Made by a program: the position numbers and the translations under genes. Positions 9,544 to 18,502 of a stretch of DNA of 55,561 nt are shown here, piece after piece (position 1 is the first letter of the stretch; the number at the start of each line of letters is the position of its first letter). The DNA is from a virus (Duplodnaviria > Caudoviricetes): positions 1-55,561 of IMG/VR virus record IMGVR_UViG_3300025112_006453. One strand, given 5' to 3'. The notes under the pieces are model-generated. The model saw only the letters and a list, made by a program, of their open reading frames with translations. It was not told the DNA's origin and did not search any database.

Positions 9544-10417
9544 CCCCTATAAAGATACTTTAAACTTGCCGTTTTTTATTGCCGAAATCGGTATTAATCA
9601 TAATGGCGATATAGAGATATGTAAGCAATTAATAGACATGGCCGTTGAGAGCGGCTGCAACGCGGTTAAATTCCAGAAGAGGGAAATCGATACCGTTTAC
9701 ACCCAAGAATACCTTGCATCGGCACGTCAGAGCCCATGGGGAACCACTCAAAGGGATCAGAAAGAAGGGCTGGAGTTTGGCAAAGCCGAATATGATGAAA
9801 TTGATCGATATTGCAAGAAAAAGGGCATCTTATGGAGCGCATCCGCTTGGGATACCCAGAGTCAGTATTTCTTGCGCGGGTACGATCTGCCCTTCAACAA
9901 GGTGGCTTCCGCGATGCTTACTCATCTTGAATTACTCAGGATAATTGCTGAAGAAGGCAAACACACTTTTATTTCCACTGGGATGTCTACCAGCGAAGAT
10001 ATTGAGAAGGCGTTAGCAATTTTCTGCACAGCTACGTGTCCTGTTACCCTCTTTCATTGTGTTTCGACCTACCCGTGCAAAGACGAAGATTGCAATATCA
10101 ACCTTGTCAAAAACCTACAGATTCAATACAACATTCCTGTGGGATATAGCGGTCACGAAGCAGGCATATTGCCTTCGCTATTGGCTGTAGCTGTTGGAGC
10201 GACTGCTTTAGAGCGCCACATCACTCTGGACAAAACTATGTATGGCTCAGATCAGTCGGCGTCTATCGAATGCGAAGCCCTACAAACACTAATTCGTGAA
10301 TCGCGACAAGTTACTAATACGCTTGGCACCGGACAAAAAGAATTCCTTCAGCATGAGATTCCCATAGCCGAGAAATTACGTTATTTTGAGGGAGGAAAGA
10401 GTGCGTCAGACGGATAA
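9533..10417 (+). CDS. neuB: N-acetylneuraminate/nonulosonate synthase (short form, no obvious C-terminal AFP-like domain)
   Basis: FIAEIGINHNGD, AVKFQKR, ISTGMS, HCVSTYP, GYSGHE and ERHITLD...GSDQSAS. Confidence 0.95.
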   Translation: MTFSPYKDTLNLPFFIAEIGINHNGDIEICKQLIDMAVESGCNAVKFQKREIDTVYTQEYLASARQSPWGTTQRDQKEGLEFGKAEYDEIDRYCKKKGILWSASAWDTQSQYFLRGYDLPFNKVASAMLTHLELLRIIAEEGKHTFISTGMSTSEDIEKALAIFCTATCPVTLFHCVSTYPCKDEDCNINLVKNLQIQYNIPVGYSGHEAGILPSLLAVAVGATALERHITLDKTMYGSDQSASIECEALQTLIRESRQVTNTLGTGQKEFLQHEIPIAEKLRYFEGGKSASDG

Positions 10418-10760
10418 TATTTCCTTTGTACCCAAAGGATGGGGTTTTGAAAAATGGATTATAAATTGTGAAGAATATTGTGGAAAGCTGTTATACTTTG
10501 TGAAAGGAAAGCGTTGTTCGTGGCACTATCATAGGTTGAAAGATGAAGTTTTTTACGTACAGTCTGGTCGCATTAGGGTGAGATACTCGAACCGTGACGA
10601 TTGGAATTCGGCCGACTCGATCGTACTCGTCCCGGGCGACAACTTTCATGTAGCTCGCGGATTGCGCCACCAAATGGAGGCACTTGAAGATACGGAGTTG
10701 TTTGAGTTTTCAACACAACATTTTGATTCGGATAGCTACCGGATTAAGAAGGGCGATTAA
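10401..10760 (+). CDS. Cupin (sugar isomerase / mannose-6-phosphate isomerase-like)
   Basis: VPKGWGFE, SWHYH..KDEVFYV and LRHQM cupin motifs. GTG 10401 is preceded by GGAGG. Confidence 0.8.
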   Translation: MRQTDNISFVPKGWGFEKWIINCEEYCGKLLYFVKGKRCSWHYHRLKDEVFYVQSGRIRVRYSNRDDWNSADSIVLVPGDNFHVARGLRHQMEALEDTELFEFSTQHFDSDSYRIKKGD

Positions 10761-11086
10761 TGATAATTTATGTTGATATAGATGAAACAATTTGTCACTA
10801 CGAGGACCTTAGGGAATATCCCTTAGCGCTTCCTATTCTTGAGAATATCAAAAAGATTAACGACCTATACGACGCGGGACATACCGTTGTCTATTGGACC
10901 GCACGAGGCGCCAAAACGGGTATCGACTGGACGAAGCTTACCCACCAACAACTAAAGGATTGGGGCGCAAAGTACACCGACTGCTGCTTAGGCAAACCAG
11001 ACTACGATTTATTTATTTGTGATAAAGCTATAAATTCCAACTCTTTTTTTGAGAGTAGAGAAGAAAATTTTTATAATAGGCAATAG
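10760..11086 (+). CDS. Capless HAD-superfamily phosphatase (capsule-biosynthesis phosphatase-like)
   Basis: Motif I VDIDETIC, motif II WTARG, and motifs III/IV GKP-x-YDLFICDKA. Confidence 0.85.
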   Translation: MIIYVDIDETICHYEDLREYPLALPILENIKKINDLYDAGHTVVYWTARGAKTGIDWTKLTHQQLKDWGAKYTDCCLGKPDYDLFICDKAINSNSFFESREENFYNRQ

Positions 11087-11108
11087 CCAGAATTTAAAAG
11101 GAGATAAA

Positions 11109-12068
11109 ATGAAGAAAATTTTTATAACAGGCATTAGTGGATTTATTGGAAAATACCTTTCCAAGAAATTAATTGAAGAGGGAGATTATGAAATCCATGG
11201 TCTGGTGGAAAAAGATCCCGACAGAGATCTTGGGTTTGAATATACCGCCTGGGCCGGCTCCCTAACGGACTTTGATTTAATTGGAAAATATTTGGAAGAG
11301 ATTAATCCGCACTTTATTATTCATCTCGCCGCACGTACCGAGGTTGAAAAAAGCTTTTATGATCCCATTCATTTCCAAACAGTTAACTACGATGGAACGG
11401 TCAACCTTATTGAAAAATCCAAGAATTTGTCTAATTTAGAGTTATTTGTTTTCTCTTCCACCATGGAAACGTATGGTGCGGTGCCAAAATCTGAATGGGT
11501 TGCGTTTGACGAAGACACTAAACAATATCCCAATGCTCCCTACGCTGTGGCCAAGATTGGGTGTGAGTACTATTTGAGATATGCGGAACGCTCCTATGAC
11601 TTTCCGTTCACAGCCCTTCGACAAACCAACACATATGGGAGATGGGATAACGACTTTTTTGTTGTAGAACAGATTATCACACAGATGCTCAATAACCCGG
11701 ACGAAATTAGCTTAGGTTATAGACAGCCGTATAGGAACTTTTTATTTATTGATGATTTAATCAACCTATACACCACTGTACTTAAAAATGTTGATTTGGC
11801 AAAAGGCGAGATCTTTTGCACTGGTCCGGACAACGCAATTCAGATAAAAGAACTTGCGGACGTAATCGGAGAGAAGCTCAACTGGAAGGGCAAGATTATG
11901 TGGGGGACGAAGCCCCCCCGAGCAGGAGAGATTTATTATCTTAATTCCACAGCAGAAAAGGCCCGAAGAATTTTAAATTGGGGTCCGGAAACTGACCTAG
12001 ATAGTGGGCTTGATAAAACAATCGAAATGTGGAGAGGTCGCATTTCGACGAAGGCCACTGATGGCTAG
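11109..12068 (+). CDS. NAD-dependent epimerase/dehydratase (extended SDR; NDP-hexose 4,6-dehydratase-like)
   Basis: TGISGFIG, HLAA, STMETYG and YAVAK (YxxxK). AGGAG Shine-Dalgarno before ATG 11109. Confidence 0.92.
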   Translation: MKKIFITGISGFIGKYLSKKLIEEGDYEIHGLVEKDPDRDLGFEYTAWAGSLTDFDLIGKYLEEINPHFIIHLAARTEVEKSFYDPIHFQTVNYDGTVNLIEKSKNLSNLELFVFSSTMETYGAVPKSEWVAFDEDTKQYPNAPYAVAKIGCEYYLRYAERSYDFPFTALRQTNTYGRWDNDFFVVEQIITQMLNNPDEISLGYRQPYRNFLFIDDLINLYTTVLKNVDLAKGEIFCTGPDNAIQIKELADVIGEKLNWKGKIMWGTKPPRAGEIYYLNSTAEKARRILNWGPETDLDSGLDKTIEMWRGRISTKATDG

Positions 12069-12933
12069 ATGCTTGGTAACCGGACACAAAGGTTATATAG
12101 GGTCCAGATTATTTAAAAAATTGCAGGATCTTGGCCATGAAGTTGCGGGGATTGATTTGGAAGATAAAATTTCAAAAGACATCATATCTTATCTCAAAGA
12201 AGATAACGATGGTAATTTTCACCCTTACTATACTGCTTTTGAACCAGAATATATCTTTCATTTAGCATGTTGGCCTAGAATTGGATTCAGTCTAGAAAAC
12301 CCGGTCGAAACTATGCGAAACAATGTTATGGGGGGCACTGTTTTGTTAAACTTTGCCAACAAGATGGCGTCTGTTAAAAGGGTAGTCTATTCTTCTTCAT
12401 CATCGGTGGTAGGGAATGGTACCGGGCCTACTAATCCTTATGCCTTGCATAAATTAATAACAGAAAAAGAGTGCGGGATCTACTCTGAGGTTTACGGATT
12501 AGATACAGTATGTTTAAGATACTTTAATGTATATTCAGAAGATCAGCCGGCCGACGGTCCGTATGCGACAGCTATAGCTAATTGGATGCATACCTTGCGC
12601 GAAGGCAACATCCCGTTTATTACCGGCGACGGGGAGCAGCGCCGCGACATGGTGCATGTGGAGGATGTAGTATTAGCCAACATTCATTGTATGGAACATG
12701 CTGAGCGATTTGACGGAAAAGTTTTTGATGTGGGCACTGGTCAAAATATCTCTCTTAATGAAATTAAAAATATTGTTAAGAGGTATCATGACGTAAGATT
12801 TAACTATATCGGTCCTAGACCCGGCGAAGTAGCAACTACGTTGGCAGATACAGAACCACTTAAAAATTGTGGCTGGAAGGCGCAGACCTCTATAGCAGAC
12901 GGTATTGATGGGTGTTTTAATTTTGAAAAATAA
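12061..12933 (+). CDS. NAD-dependent epimerase/dehydratase (extended SDR)
   Basis: TGHKGYIG, SSSS, YALHK, LRYFNVY and GDGEQRRD. Confidence 0.92.
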   Translation: MARCLVTGHKGYIGSRLFKKLQDLGHEVAGIDLEDKISKDIISYLKEDNDGNFHPYYTAFEPEYIFHLACWPRIGFSLENPVETMRNNVMGGTVLLNFANKMASVKRVVYSSSSSVVGNGTGPTNPYALHKLITEKECGIYSEVYGLDTVCLRYFNVYSEDQPADGPYATAIANWMHTLREGNIPFITGDGEQRRDMVHVEDVVLANIHCMEHAERFDGKVFDVGTGQNISLNEIKNIVKRYHDVRFNYIGPRPGEVATTLADTEPLKNCGWKAQTSIADGIDGCFNFEK

Positions 12934-13774
12934 TAAAACAATTGGTATTGTAGGTCAGGGTTTTGTTGGGACTGCTATTCGCGAGGGAATGAAAAAATAC
13001 TATAATATAGAAACATATGACAAGTATTTTGCCGATCGCTCAACTTGCAATAGTTTAGAGGAGTTATGCAGAAAGGCACAAATAGTATTTACGTGCTTGC
13101 CAACGCCCATGAAAAAAGACGGTTCATGTGACCTGTCCATTTTGGAAGACACGGTATATAAGATTAATCAGCTGGCTCTTAATAGTGTGGTGATAATAAA
13201 ATCAACAGTCATTATAGGCACCACGGCAAGACTGAATAACGAATGTAAAAATATAGATGTAGTTTTTAACCCAGAGTTTTTGACTGAAGCTAATTATATC
13301 GATGATTTTAGAAATCAAAATAGGATTATTATAGGCGGCCCGCGCCCAGCAACCACGCTTGTTAAAAACATGTTTCGAAAAGTCTTTCAAGAGGCGACGA
13401 TAGTTAAAACCGGCTCAAACACGGCTGAGGCCGTTAAGTATTTTACTAATTGTTTTTTGGCCACCAAAGTAAGCTTTGCTAATGAGTTTAAACAAATTTG
13501 TGATGAAACGGATGTTGATTACGATAAAGTAGTAGAATATGCCTTATACGATGGCAGAATCGGAAAGACTCATTTTTCTACTCCGGGCCCAGACGGCAAA
13601 AGGGGCTTTGGGGGCTCCTGTTTCCCCAAAGACTTAAATGCCCTGATGTATTATGCTAATATGTTAGGGATTTCGACAAGCGTTATGGAAGGCGCTTGGA
13701 ATAAAAACCTTGAGGTAAGGCCCGCAAAAGACTGGGAACTACTCATAGGAAGAGCAATTTCAAAAGACCAATAA
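12905..13774 (+). CDS. UDP-glucose/GDP-mannose dehydrogenase family (short form lacking the C-terminal domain); start uncertain
   Basis: GIVGQGFVG, CLPTP, IKSTV, FNPEFL, AEAVKY..N and GFGGSCFPKD (catalytic Cys). Confidence 0.9.
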   Translation: MMGVLILKNNKTIGIVGQGFVGTAIREGMKKYYNIETYDKYFADRSTCNSLEELCRKAQIVFTCLPTPMKKDGSCDLSILEDTVYKINQLALNSVVIIKSTVIIGTTARLNNECKNIDVVFNPEFLTEANYIDDFRNQNRIIIGGPRPATTLVKNMFRKVFQEATIVKTGSNTAEAVKYFTNCFLATKVSFANEFKQICDETDVDYDKVVEYALYDGRIGKTHFSTPGPDGKRGFGGSCFPKDLNALMYYANMLGISTSVMEGAWNKNLEVRPAKDWELLIGRAISKDQ

Positions 13775-13783
13775 GGAGAAAAA

Positions 13784-14002
13784 ATGAAGTTATCAAATCA
13801 AGCAATTGGCGCCCTGATGATGGCACTGCAGAAATCATTAATGGAACAAAGTGATATTGTTCCAGTTTTAATGGAAATGGATTTTCAAGTCGAGGCCCCG
13901 GAATCGGAGTCGCCGCAACGACACCTAGTCGTGATTAATCCGCCGGTTGTATCACTTGAAGGAGTGACCCCACCATTTACCATAGAAGAGGAGGAAGAAT
14001 AA
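13784..14002 (+). CDS. Hypothetical protein
   Basis: AAGGAG Shine-Dalgarno; 72-aa ORF with an acidic tail. Confidence 0.75.
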   Translation: MKLSNQAIGALMMALQKSLMEQSDIVPVLMEMDFQVEAPESESPQRHLVVINPPVVSLEGVTPPFTIEEEEE

Positions 14003-14004
14003 AA

Positions 14005-14184
14005 ATGGCTATGACAAAACGCAAAGAGAAAAGCACCCCAGCGCCCCAGGTAATGGGCGAACTGGCTGTTAGAGACCTTGTAGCGAGTATAGTGAGAGAT
14101 GCGGTTAGGCTGCAAGCAAGAGAATTAGAAAAGCATCTACAAAGTATTCATGAACGTCTGAATGTTTTAGAAAAAGTCCGTTAG
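14005..14184 (+). CDS. Small hypothetical coiled-coil protein (59 aa; not in the ORF track)
   Basis: MAMTKRKEKS...LEKVR* exactly fills the gap between neighbours. GAGGAGG lies upstream. Confidence 0.65.
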   Translation: MAMTKRKEKSTPAPQVMGELAVRDLVASIVRDAVRLQARELEKHLQSIHERLNVLEKVR

Positions 14185-14185
14185 T

Positions 14186-14434
14186 ATGCCCCGGTATACT
14201 TATCGGTGTACAGAATGTGAAGAATTGTCAATAATTTTTCATTTATCTAATGAACTAGAAAAGGAGTGTCCTAAGTGTGCCGCCTCAAACGGCCTCGTTA
14301 AGATGCTGTCTAGTTTTACTACCTCCCCAAAACACCATAATAAACTTAAAGTTGGTGAGACAACTGAAGAGTTTATACAAGAGGCGCGCGGGGAACTACA
14401 ACAACAAAAAAAAGAACTTGATGAAGGTAGGTGA
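14186..14434 (+). CDS. FmdB-family zinc-ribbon protein
   Basis: MPRYTYRCTEC...CPKC pattern. Confidence 0.8.
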   Translation: MPRYTYRCTECEELSIIFHLSNELEKECPKCAASNGLVKMLSSFTTSPKHHNKLKVGETTEEFIQEARGELQQQKKELDEGR

Positions 14435-14760
14435 TGCTGATCTATATAATACTAACAATATCAATAATAAGTAATATACTATTATTTTGGTACGTAGCCA
14501 GATTGCTGAGAAAGTTTATTTTCATATCTCAGAATATGGCTGACTTGTTTCTTATAACAAAAGCGTTTCAAGTTTTTACAAAATCCTTGTTTAGTATGAA
14601 TTCTTTTAATGGAGAGCCTATAATTGAAGAGCTCATTTATAAAATAAAAGAGGTAAATGAAGAAATAGAGGATTTTAGGAGTATTTTTGAATATTCAATA
14701 GACGCAGAACTAGAGGAAGAACTTAATGCCGCCGAAGAAGAAGCGCAAGAAAAGCACTAA
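14431..14760 (+). CDS. Hypothetical membrane-anchored protein
   Basis: N-terminal hydrophobic helix (LIYIILTISIISNILLFWYV) and an acidic coiled-coil C-terminus. Confidence 0.7.
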   Translation: MMLIYIILTISIISNILLFWYVARLLRKFIFISQNMADLFLITKAFQVFTKSLFSMNSFNGEPIIEELIYKIKEVNEEIEDFRSIFEYSIDAELEEELNAAEEEAQEKH

Positions 14761-15424
14761 AAATCATTATTTTACAAAGGTTCATGAAGATGCAATAGTA
14801 AAATACGCACGCACTGAAGATAAAGAATTGCGAACAAAGTTGTATATTGAATTTATACAACCTGCGTTTGACCAGATGGTTGATAAAATAATCTATACTT
14901 ATAGGTTTACTAACCTACCGAATATTGCCTACTTAAGAGACGACTGTAAAATCTGGCTCACAACAATTTTAAACAAATATGACCCTTCTAAGGGGTCCAA
15001 AGCATTTTCATATTTTTCTGTTGTAACTAAAAATTGGTTTATTCACAAAGTTAAGAAAAACCAAAAACGAAACAAAGTTGAAGTTTATTTGGAGGATATG
15101 TTAAATGAACTCGACGAAAAAGTGATATCTCAGGAGCCTACATATTCTGAACTTCGAGAAGAAGCTGAATTTTGGAAAGCACTTAATTCGGAAATAGAAA
15201 CCTGGAATTCTTTTATGTTGAAAGAAAACGAACGAAAGGTTTTGATGGCTGTTCGTATTCTTCTAGATTCAGCAGACGAAATTGAAATTTTTAACAAAAA
15301 AGCTATTTACTTATACTTGCGGGAGATCACGGGCCTCAATACTAAACAGGTCGTCAATAATCTAAATAAGCTAAGAAAAAAATATAAGGTTTTTAAACAA
15401 AAATGGGAAAGCGGCAAAATCTAA
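14726..15424 (+). CDS. Phage RNA polymerase sigma factor (T4 gp55-like, late)
   Basis: HYF near the N-terminus and a region-2-like KYDPSKGSKAFSYFSVVTKNWFI. The gene precedes the structural module. Confidence 0.7.
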   Translation: MPPKKKRKKSTKNHYFTKVHEDAIVKYARTEDKELRTKLYIEFIQPAFDQMVDKIIYTYRFTNLPNIAYLRDDCKIWLTTILNKYDPSKGSKAFSYFSVVTKNWFIHKVKKNQKRNKVEVYLEDMLNELDEKVISQEPTYSELREEAEFWKALNSEIETWNSFMLKENERKVLMAVRILLDSADEIEIFNKKAIYLYLREITGLNTKQVVNNLNKLRKKYKVFKQKWESGKI

Positions 15425-15711
15425 AATTAGAAGATTATATAGAAGAAACAACTACAAATATTCGTGAGGATAGAGCCCTGGCGAAATCTCTTTTAATGGA
15501 TGTTATGTCAGATATGAAGCTGTCACCGGCAGATCGTAGAGAAATGGGATCAATTGCGGCCAAATTTGTAGAGAATCTTCAACGCTCAAACGAGCAAATG
15601 GTTAAGTTGACAGCTTTAATGCAGCGGCAGAAATCTCAACAGTTCGGTCTGTCAGCCGATGATAAAGAAGAATTATTCGATCTCCTAAACGAAGACCAGA
15701 ACAATGAGTAA
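15403..15711 (+). CDS. Hypothetical helical protein
   Basis: 102-aa ORF overlapping both neighbours. Confidence 0.7.
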   Translation: MGKRQNLKLEDYIEETTTNIREDRALAKSLLMDVMSDMKLSPADRREMGSIAAKFVENLQRSNEQMVKLTALMQRQKSQQFGLSADDKEELFDLLNEDQNNE

Positions 15712-16978
15712 TGAAATTGATAATATTCTAGCAAATTTGGGCGTTGTAAATTCGACGGGGCCTAGCCGAGATTATAGTGAACTTCAAATTGGAGAAAACC
15801 AAATTGATACTCGATTTGAATCTACCTTTGATATAATCCGAAAAGCCGCTCTAGCCGAAAAGACGCCTAATATTCTGGGAAATTCTGATGCTGTAGAGGC
15901 CATTGTACTTCGCTCCGAGCCGTCTTCGCCTTCAGCGACGATGGGCGCACCACCCCCGCCCGGGGGTTTAGATTCAGTTGCGTATTGTAGGGTAATAAGC
16001 GGCCGCCATACCACCCTATTGCCGGATCCGGAAACTTTAGATCCGCCTGATTTTCGTAGTCAGTCTCTTATCTCTGCATTTCCAAAATTTCGTTATTCGT
16101 CCAGGGTCTGGGGGGTAATCCCAGCCGGCCTTCGAGTTCGCGTTGTTTTTGACCCCGGCTCCCTGTCGACCGGGCTCCTAAAGAAAGTAGTTGGCCTAGC
16201 TGCCTCTGGCGCCTCGGCCCATGGACCCATGGCCCCTGGACCCATGGGTCCTCTCCCGGGCCTTCCAAACCACTTTACCAATCCCGCATTTCTTGGGAGC
16301 GTGACAAACGTCGGCGCGTGTCCAAGTGTAGGTCAGGATCCCTCTAATAGTAGTGCGGGAGTCGGCCGGATAAACGGTTCAGATACTCAAACCGGCAAAC
16401 AACTTCATCAAAATAACTGGGAGCACAGTACATGGACGGTAAATCCTGTAAGCAATTTTATTTTGCCGATAAAACCATCCGAAGGAAGGGGCACTTCCAC
16501 CACCCTGGCTGCAGCTTCGGGATATAATCGAAGCTCGGGGAAAAGGCACGGCGGCGTCGATATCAGCGCACACACGGGGACACCTCTTTATGCCATTCAA
16601 GACGGCGTAGTAGTTGATAATCCAGGCATTTGCCGCGGCAATCGACCTAGTACCGGCGGCAACATGTTTCAGTACAAAACCCTTGAAGGGTATTATATTC
16701 GTTATGTTCACATGGATATGCCAAGTCATATACAAAAAGGCCAGCCGATTAAAAAAGGACAACTTGTGGGATATGTAGGAAATACCGGCGCCTCTCAAGC
16801 AGCACATCTTCATTGGGATATATCCACAGAAAGAATCAAGAAAGGTGCGGCGACGCTACACCCTGCAGATTTTTATCCTCCTACAATGATTCTCGCGAAG
16901 TGGGACCAGCAGCCGCTCTCTCAACAGCGACGTGCATCAAGGCCAGACATCCATGTCCCGAGCCGCCGGACGGTTTAA
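15704..16978 (+). CDS. Shared N-terminal (gp5/VgrG OB-fold-like) domain + M23 zinc metallopeptidase
   Basis: HGGVD (HxxxD), GTPLYAIQDGVV, YVHM and KGQLVGYVGNTG..AHLHW (HxH). The N-terminal ~160 aa are shared with the next two paralogues. Confidence 0.85.
   Translation: MSNEIDNILANLGVVNSTGPSRDYSELQIGENQIDTRFESTFDIIRKAALAEKTPNILGNSDAVEAIVLRSEPSSPSATMGAPPPPGGLDSVAYCRVISGRHTTLLPDPETLDPPDFRSQSLISAFPKFRYSSRVWGVIPAGLRVRVVFDPGSLSTGLLKKVVGLAASGASAHGPMAPGPMGPLPGLPNHFTNPAFLGSVTNVGACPSVGQDPSNSSAGVGRINGSDTQTGKQLHQNNWEHSTWTVNPVSNFILPIKPSEGRGTSTTLAAASGYNRSSGKRHGGVDISAHTGTPLYAIQDGVVVDNPGICRGNRPSTGGNMFQYKTLEGYYIRYVHMDMPSHIQKGQPIKKGQLVGYVGNTGASQAAHLHWDISTERIKKGAATLHPADFYPPTMILAKWDQQPLSQQRRASRPDIHVPSRRTV
15713..15849 (+). 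repeat. Direct repeat shared with 18512-18648
   Basis: 31 nt are identical (15713-15743 = 18512-18542) and 50 nt are identical (15800-15849 = 18599-18648). Confidence 0.95.
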
Positions 16979-16982
16979 CTAT

Positions 16983-18359
16983 ATGGTAAAAACGCCCACC
17001 GCTGTTCAAGTATTATTAGCTGAAGTTGACATGAACGCTCCAGATGCTGGCTCGATATTGGGCATAGGACACTCTGCAATAGATACCCGATTTGAATCTA
17101 CTTTTGATATAATTAAAAACTTTGCATTTAATAAAAGTACACCTAATATTTTCGGAAATTCCGACACGGTTGAAGCCATTGTGCTTCGTTCGGAGCCAGA
17201 TTTGCGATCGCCTCCTGCTCCGTCCCTTGTTCCATCGTCGCCCAGCGCCCAGCCAGAGGCTTCTGCGGGCGCGATGGCTCCTATGGGAGCTAATCTCATT
17301 GCCTACTGCAAAACGATAAATTCCGACCACACCACCCTATTACCAGACCCACAAACCTTAGATCCAACGGACTTTCTTAGTCAAGCGCTTATTTCTGCAT
17401 TCCCAAAGTTTCGCTATTCTGCTCCTAATTTGATGGGGGTAATACCACCAGGAACAGTTGTTAGCGTTACTTTTGATCCGGGGTCCTTACAAGGCGGTGT
17501 TATTAATTTACCAATGGCGCCTCCCTGTATGGATTGCCCTGGTGGCTCCGCCGGCTTTCCTGGCGCTTTTGGGGCATTTGCCCCGGGCGCTTTCCCTCCT
17601 GGTCTGTCCCCGGGAGGATGTAGTGGCCCTTCGGGAGCTAAAGGATCCACGCGTGTCCCTAAGTTTACATATCAGGAACTAAAAACATTAAGGGCCCCGT
17701 TGCAACCACTTTTAGAATATATTGCCGCACACGAATCTAGGGGAAACTATAATGCTGTTAATAGGGGTGTCGGCGGCGATACTCCCGGCGGCGCAAAAGC
17801 CGTTGTCGGAAAAGATTTAACCGAGATGACAATTGGAGAGGTATTGAGTTACATGAAGGGATATAAACGAGGCGACGGGTCGCGCCAACCGGCGGGCGCC
17901 AATGCTGCTCAAACAGGCGCCGGCGGTCAGGGCTCGGTTGGGTTTTTAGCAACAGGTAAATATCAATTAATTCCCGTCACCCTTCGTGCTGCGGTTAACA
18001 GCACGGGCATACCTCTCAGCACAAAATATAATAGAGAAACTCAGGAAATTTTAGGAGTTTACTTGTTGTTAAAGAAAAGAAGGAAGCTTGGAAGCTATTT
18101 AATAGGCGTCAATAACGATGTCTGCACTGCCGGACAAGCAGCTGCCTTAGAATGGGCGTCACTTCCTCTTCAATATGGCAGAGAAAATGGGTGCCCCCGC
18201 GGCTTTAGTGCATATTGTGTTGGTGGCGCAAATGCGACAGGGAAGCTAAGTAGATCTCCAGAAGAGGTTATCCAACAATTAAGCCAGGCCCGGGCTGCGA
18301 TGCTTCGAAATCCTGTGGCGAGAGCTCTTATAACCAACAGGGGGGGCGTTATAGTTTAA
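16983..18359 (+). CDS. Shared N-terminal domain + lysozyme-fold muramidase (lambda-R/GH104-like)
   Basis: HESRGNYNA (catalytic E), LTEMTIGEV, ATGKYQLIPVTL, TQE and ALEWASLP. ATG 16983 is preferred. Confidence 0.8.
   Translation: MVKTPTAVQVLLAEVDMNAPDAGSILGIGHSAIDTRFESTFDIIKNFAFNKSTPNIFGNSDTVEAIVLRSEPDLRSPPAPSLVPSSPSAQPEASAGAMAPMGANLIAYCKTINSDHTTLLPDPQTLDPTDFLSQALISAFPKFRYSAPNLMGVIPPGTVVSVTFDPGSLQGGVINLPMAPPCMDCPGGSAGFPGAFGAFAPGAFPPGLSPGGCSGPSGAKGSTRVPKFTYQELKTLRAPLQPLLEYIAAHESRGNYNAVNRGVGGDTPGGAKAVVGKDLTEMTIGEVLSYMKGYKRGDGSRQPAGANAAQTGAGGQGSVGFLATGKYQLIPVTLRAAVNSTGIPLSTKYNRETQEILGVYLLLKKRRKLGSYLIGVNNDVCTAGQAAALEWASLPLQYGRENGCPRGFSAYCVGGANATGKLSRSPEEVIQQLSQARAAMLRNPVARALITNRGGVIV
17358..17422 (+). 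repeat. Direct repeat shared with 18821-18885
   Basis: 65 nt with 2 mismatches, both at codon third positions. Confidence 0.95.
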
Positions 18360-18362
18360 ATT

Positions 18363-18488
18363 ATGGGCGGAGAAGACAAGCATACAAGACCAAAATCTGT
18401 TCGAAGCCCGGCTGAGCACATCATGCTGCTAGATGGTTCCCATGGCCGCAGCATCGAGGCTGAAAATTCTGATTTAGAAGATAATTAG
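18363..18488 (+). CDS. Possible 41-aa ORF
   Basis: MGGEDKHTRP...DLEDN* fills the gap between paralogues 2 and 3. No motif and no clear RBS. Confidence 0.3.
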   Translation: MGGEDKHTRPKSVRSPAEHIMLLDGSHGRSIEAENSDLEDN

Positions 18489-18502
18489 GTAAGGAGGTAG
18501 AA

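Noticed and set aside
1-13774. Chromosomal capsule/O-antigen locus of a bacterium
   Set aside because: No export or polymerase genes are visible, and the cluster runs on the same strand without a break into phage genes. The upstream part is unseen, so this is not fully excluded.
14726-14755. The sigma factor begins MPPKKKRKK, nearly the SV40 nuclear localisation signal
   Set aside because: Basic N-termini are common in gp55-like proteins. Shine-Dalgarno sites, gene overlaps and peptidoglycan hydrolases point to a bacterial host.
14431-14760. Holin or spanin call for the membrane-anchored protein
   Set aside because: There is no adjacent lipoprotein partner or stand-alone endolysin, and one TM helix is insufficient evidence.
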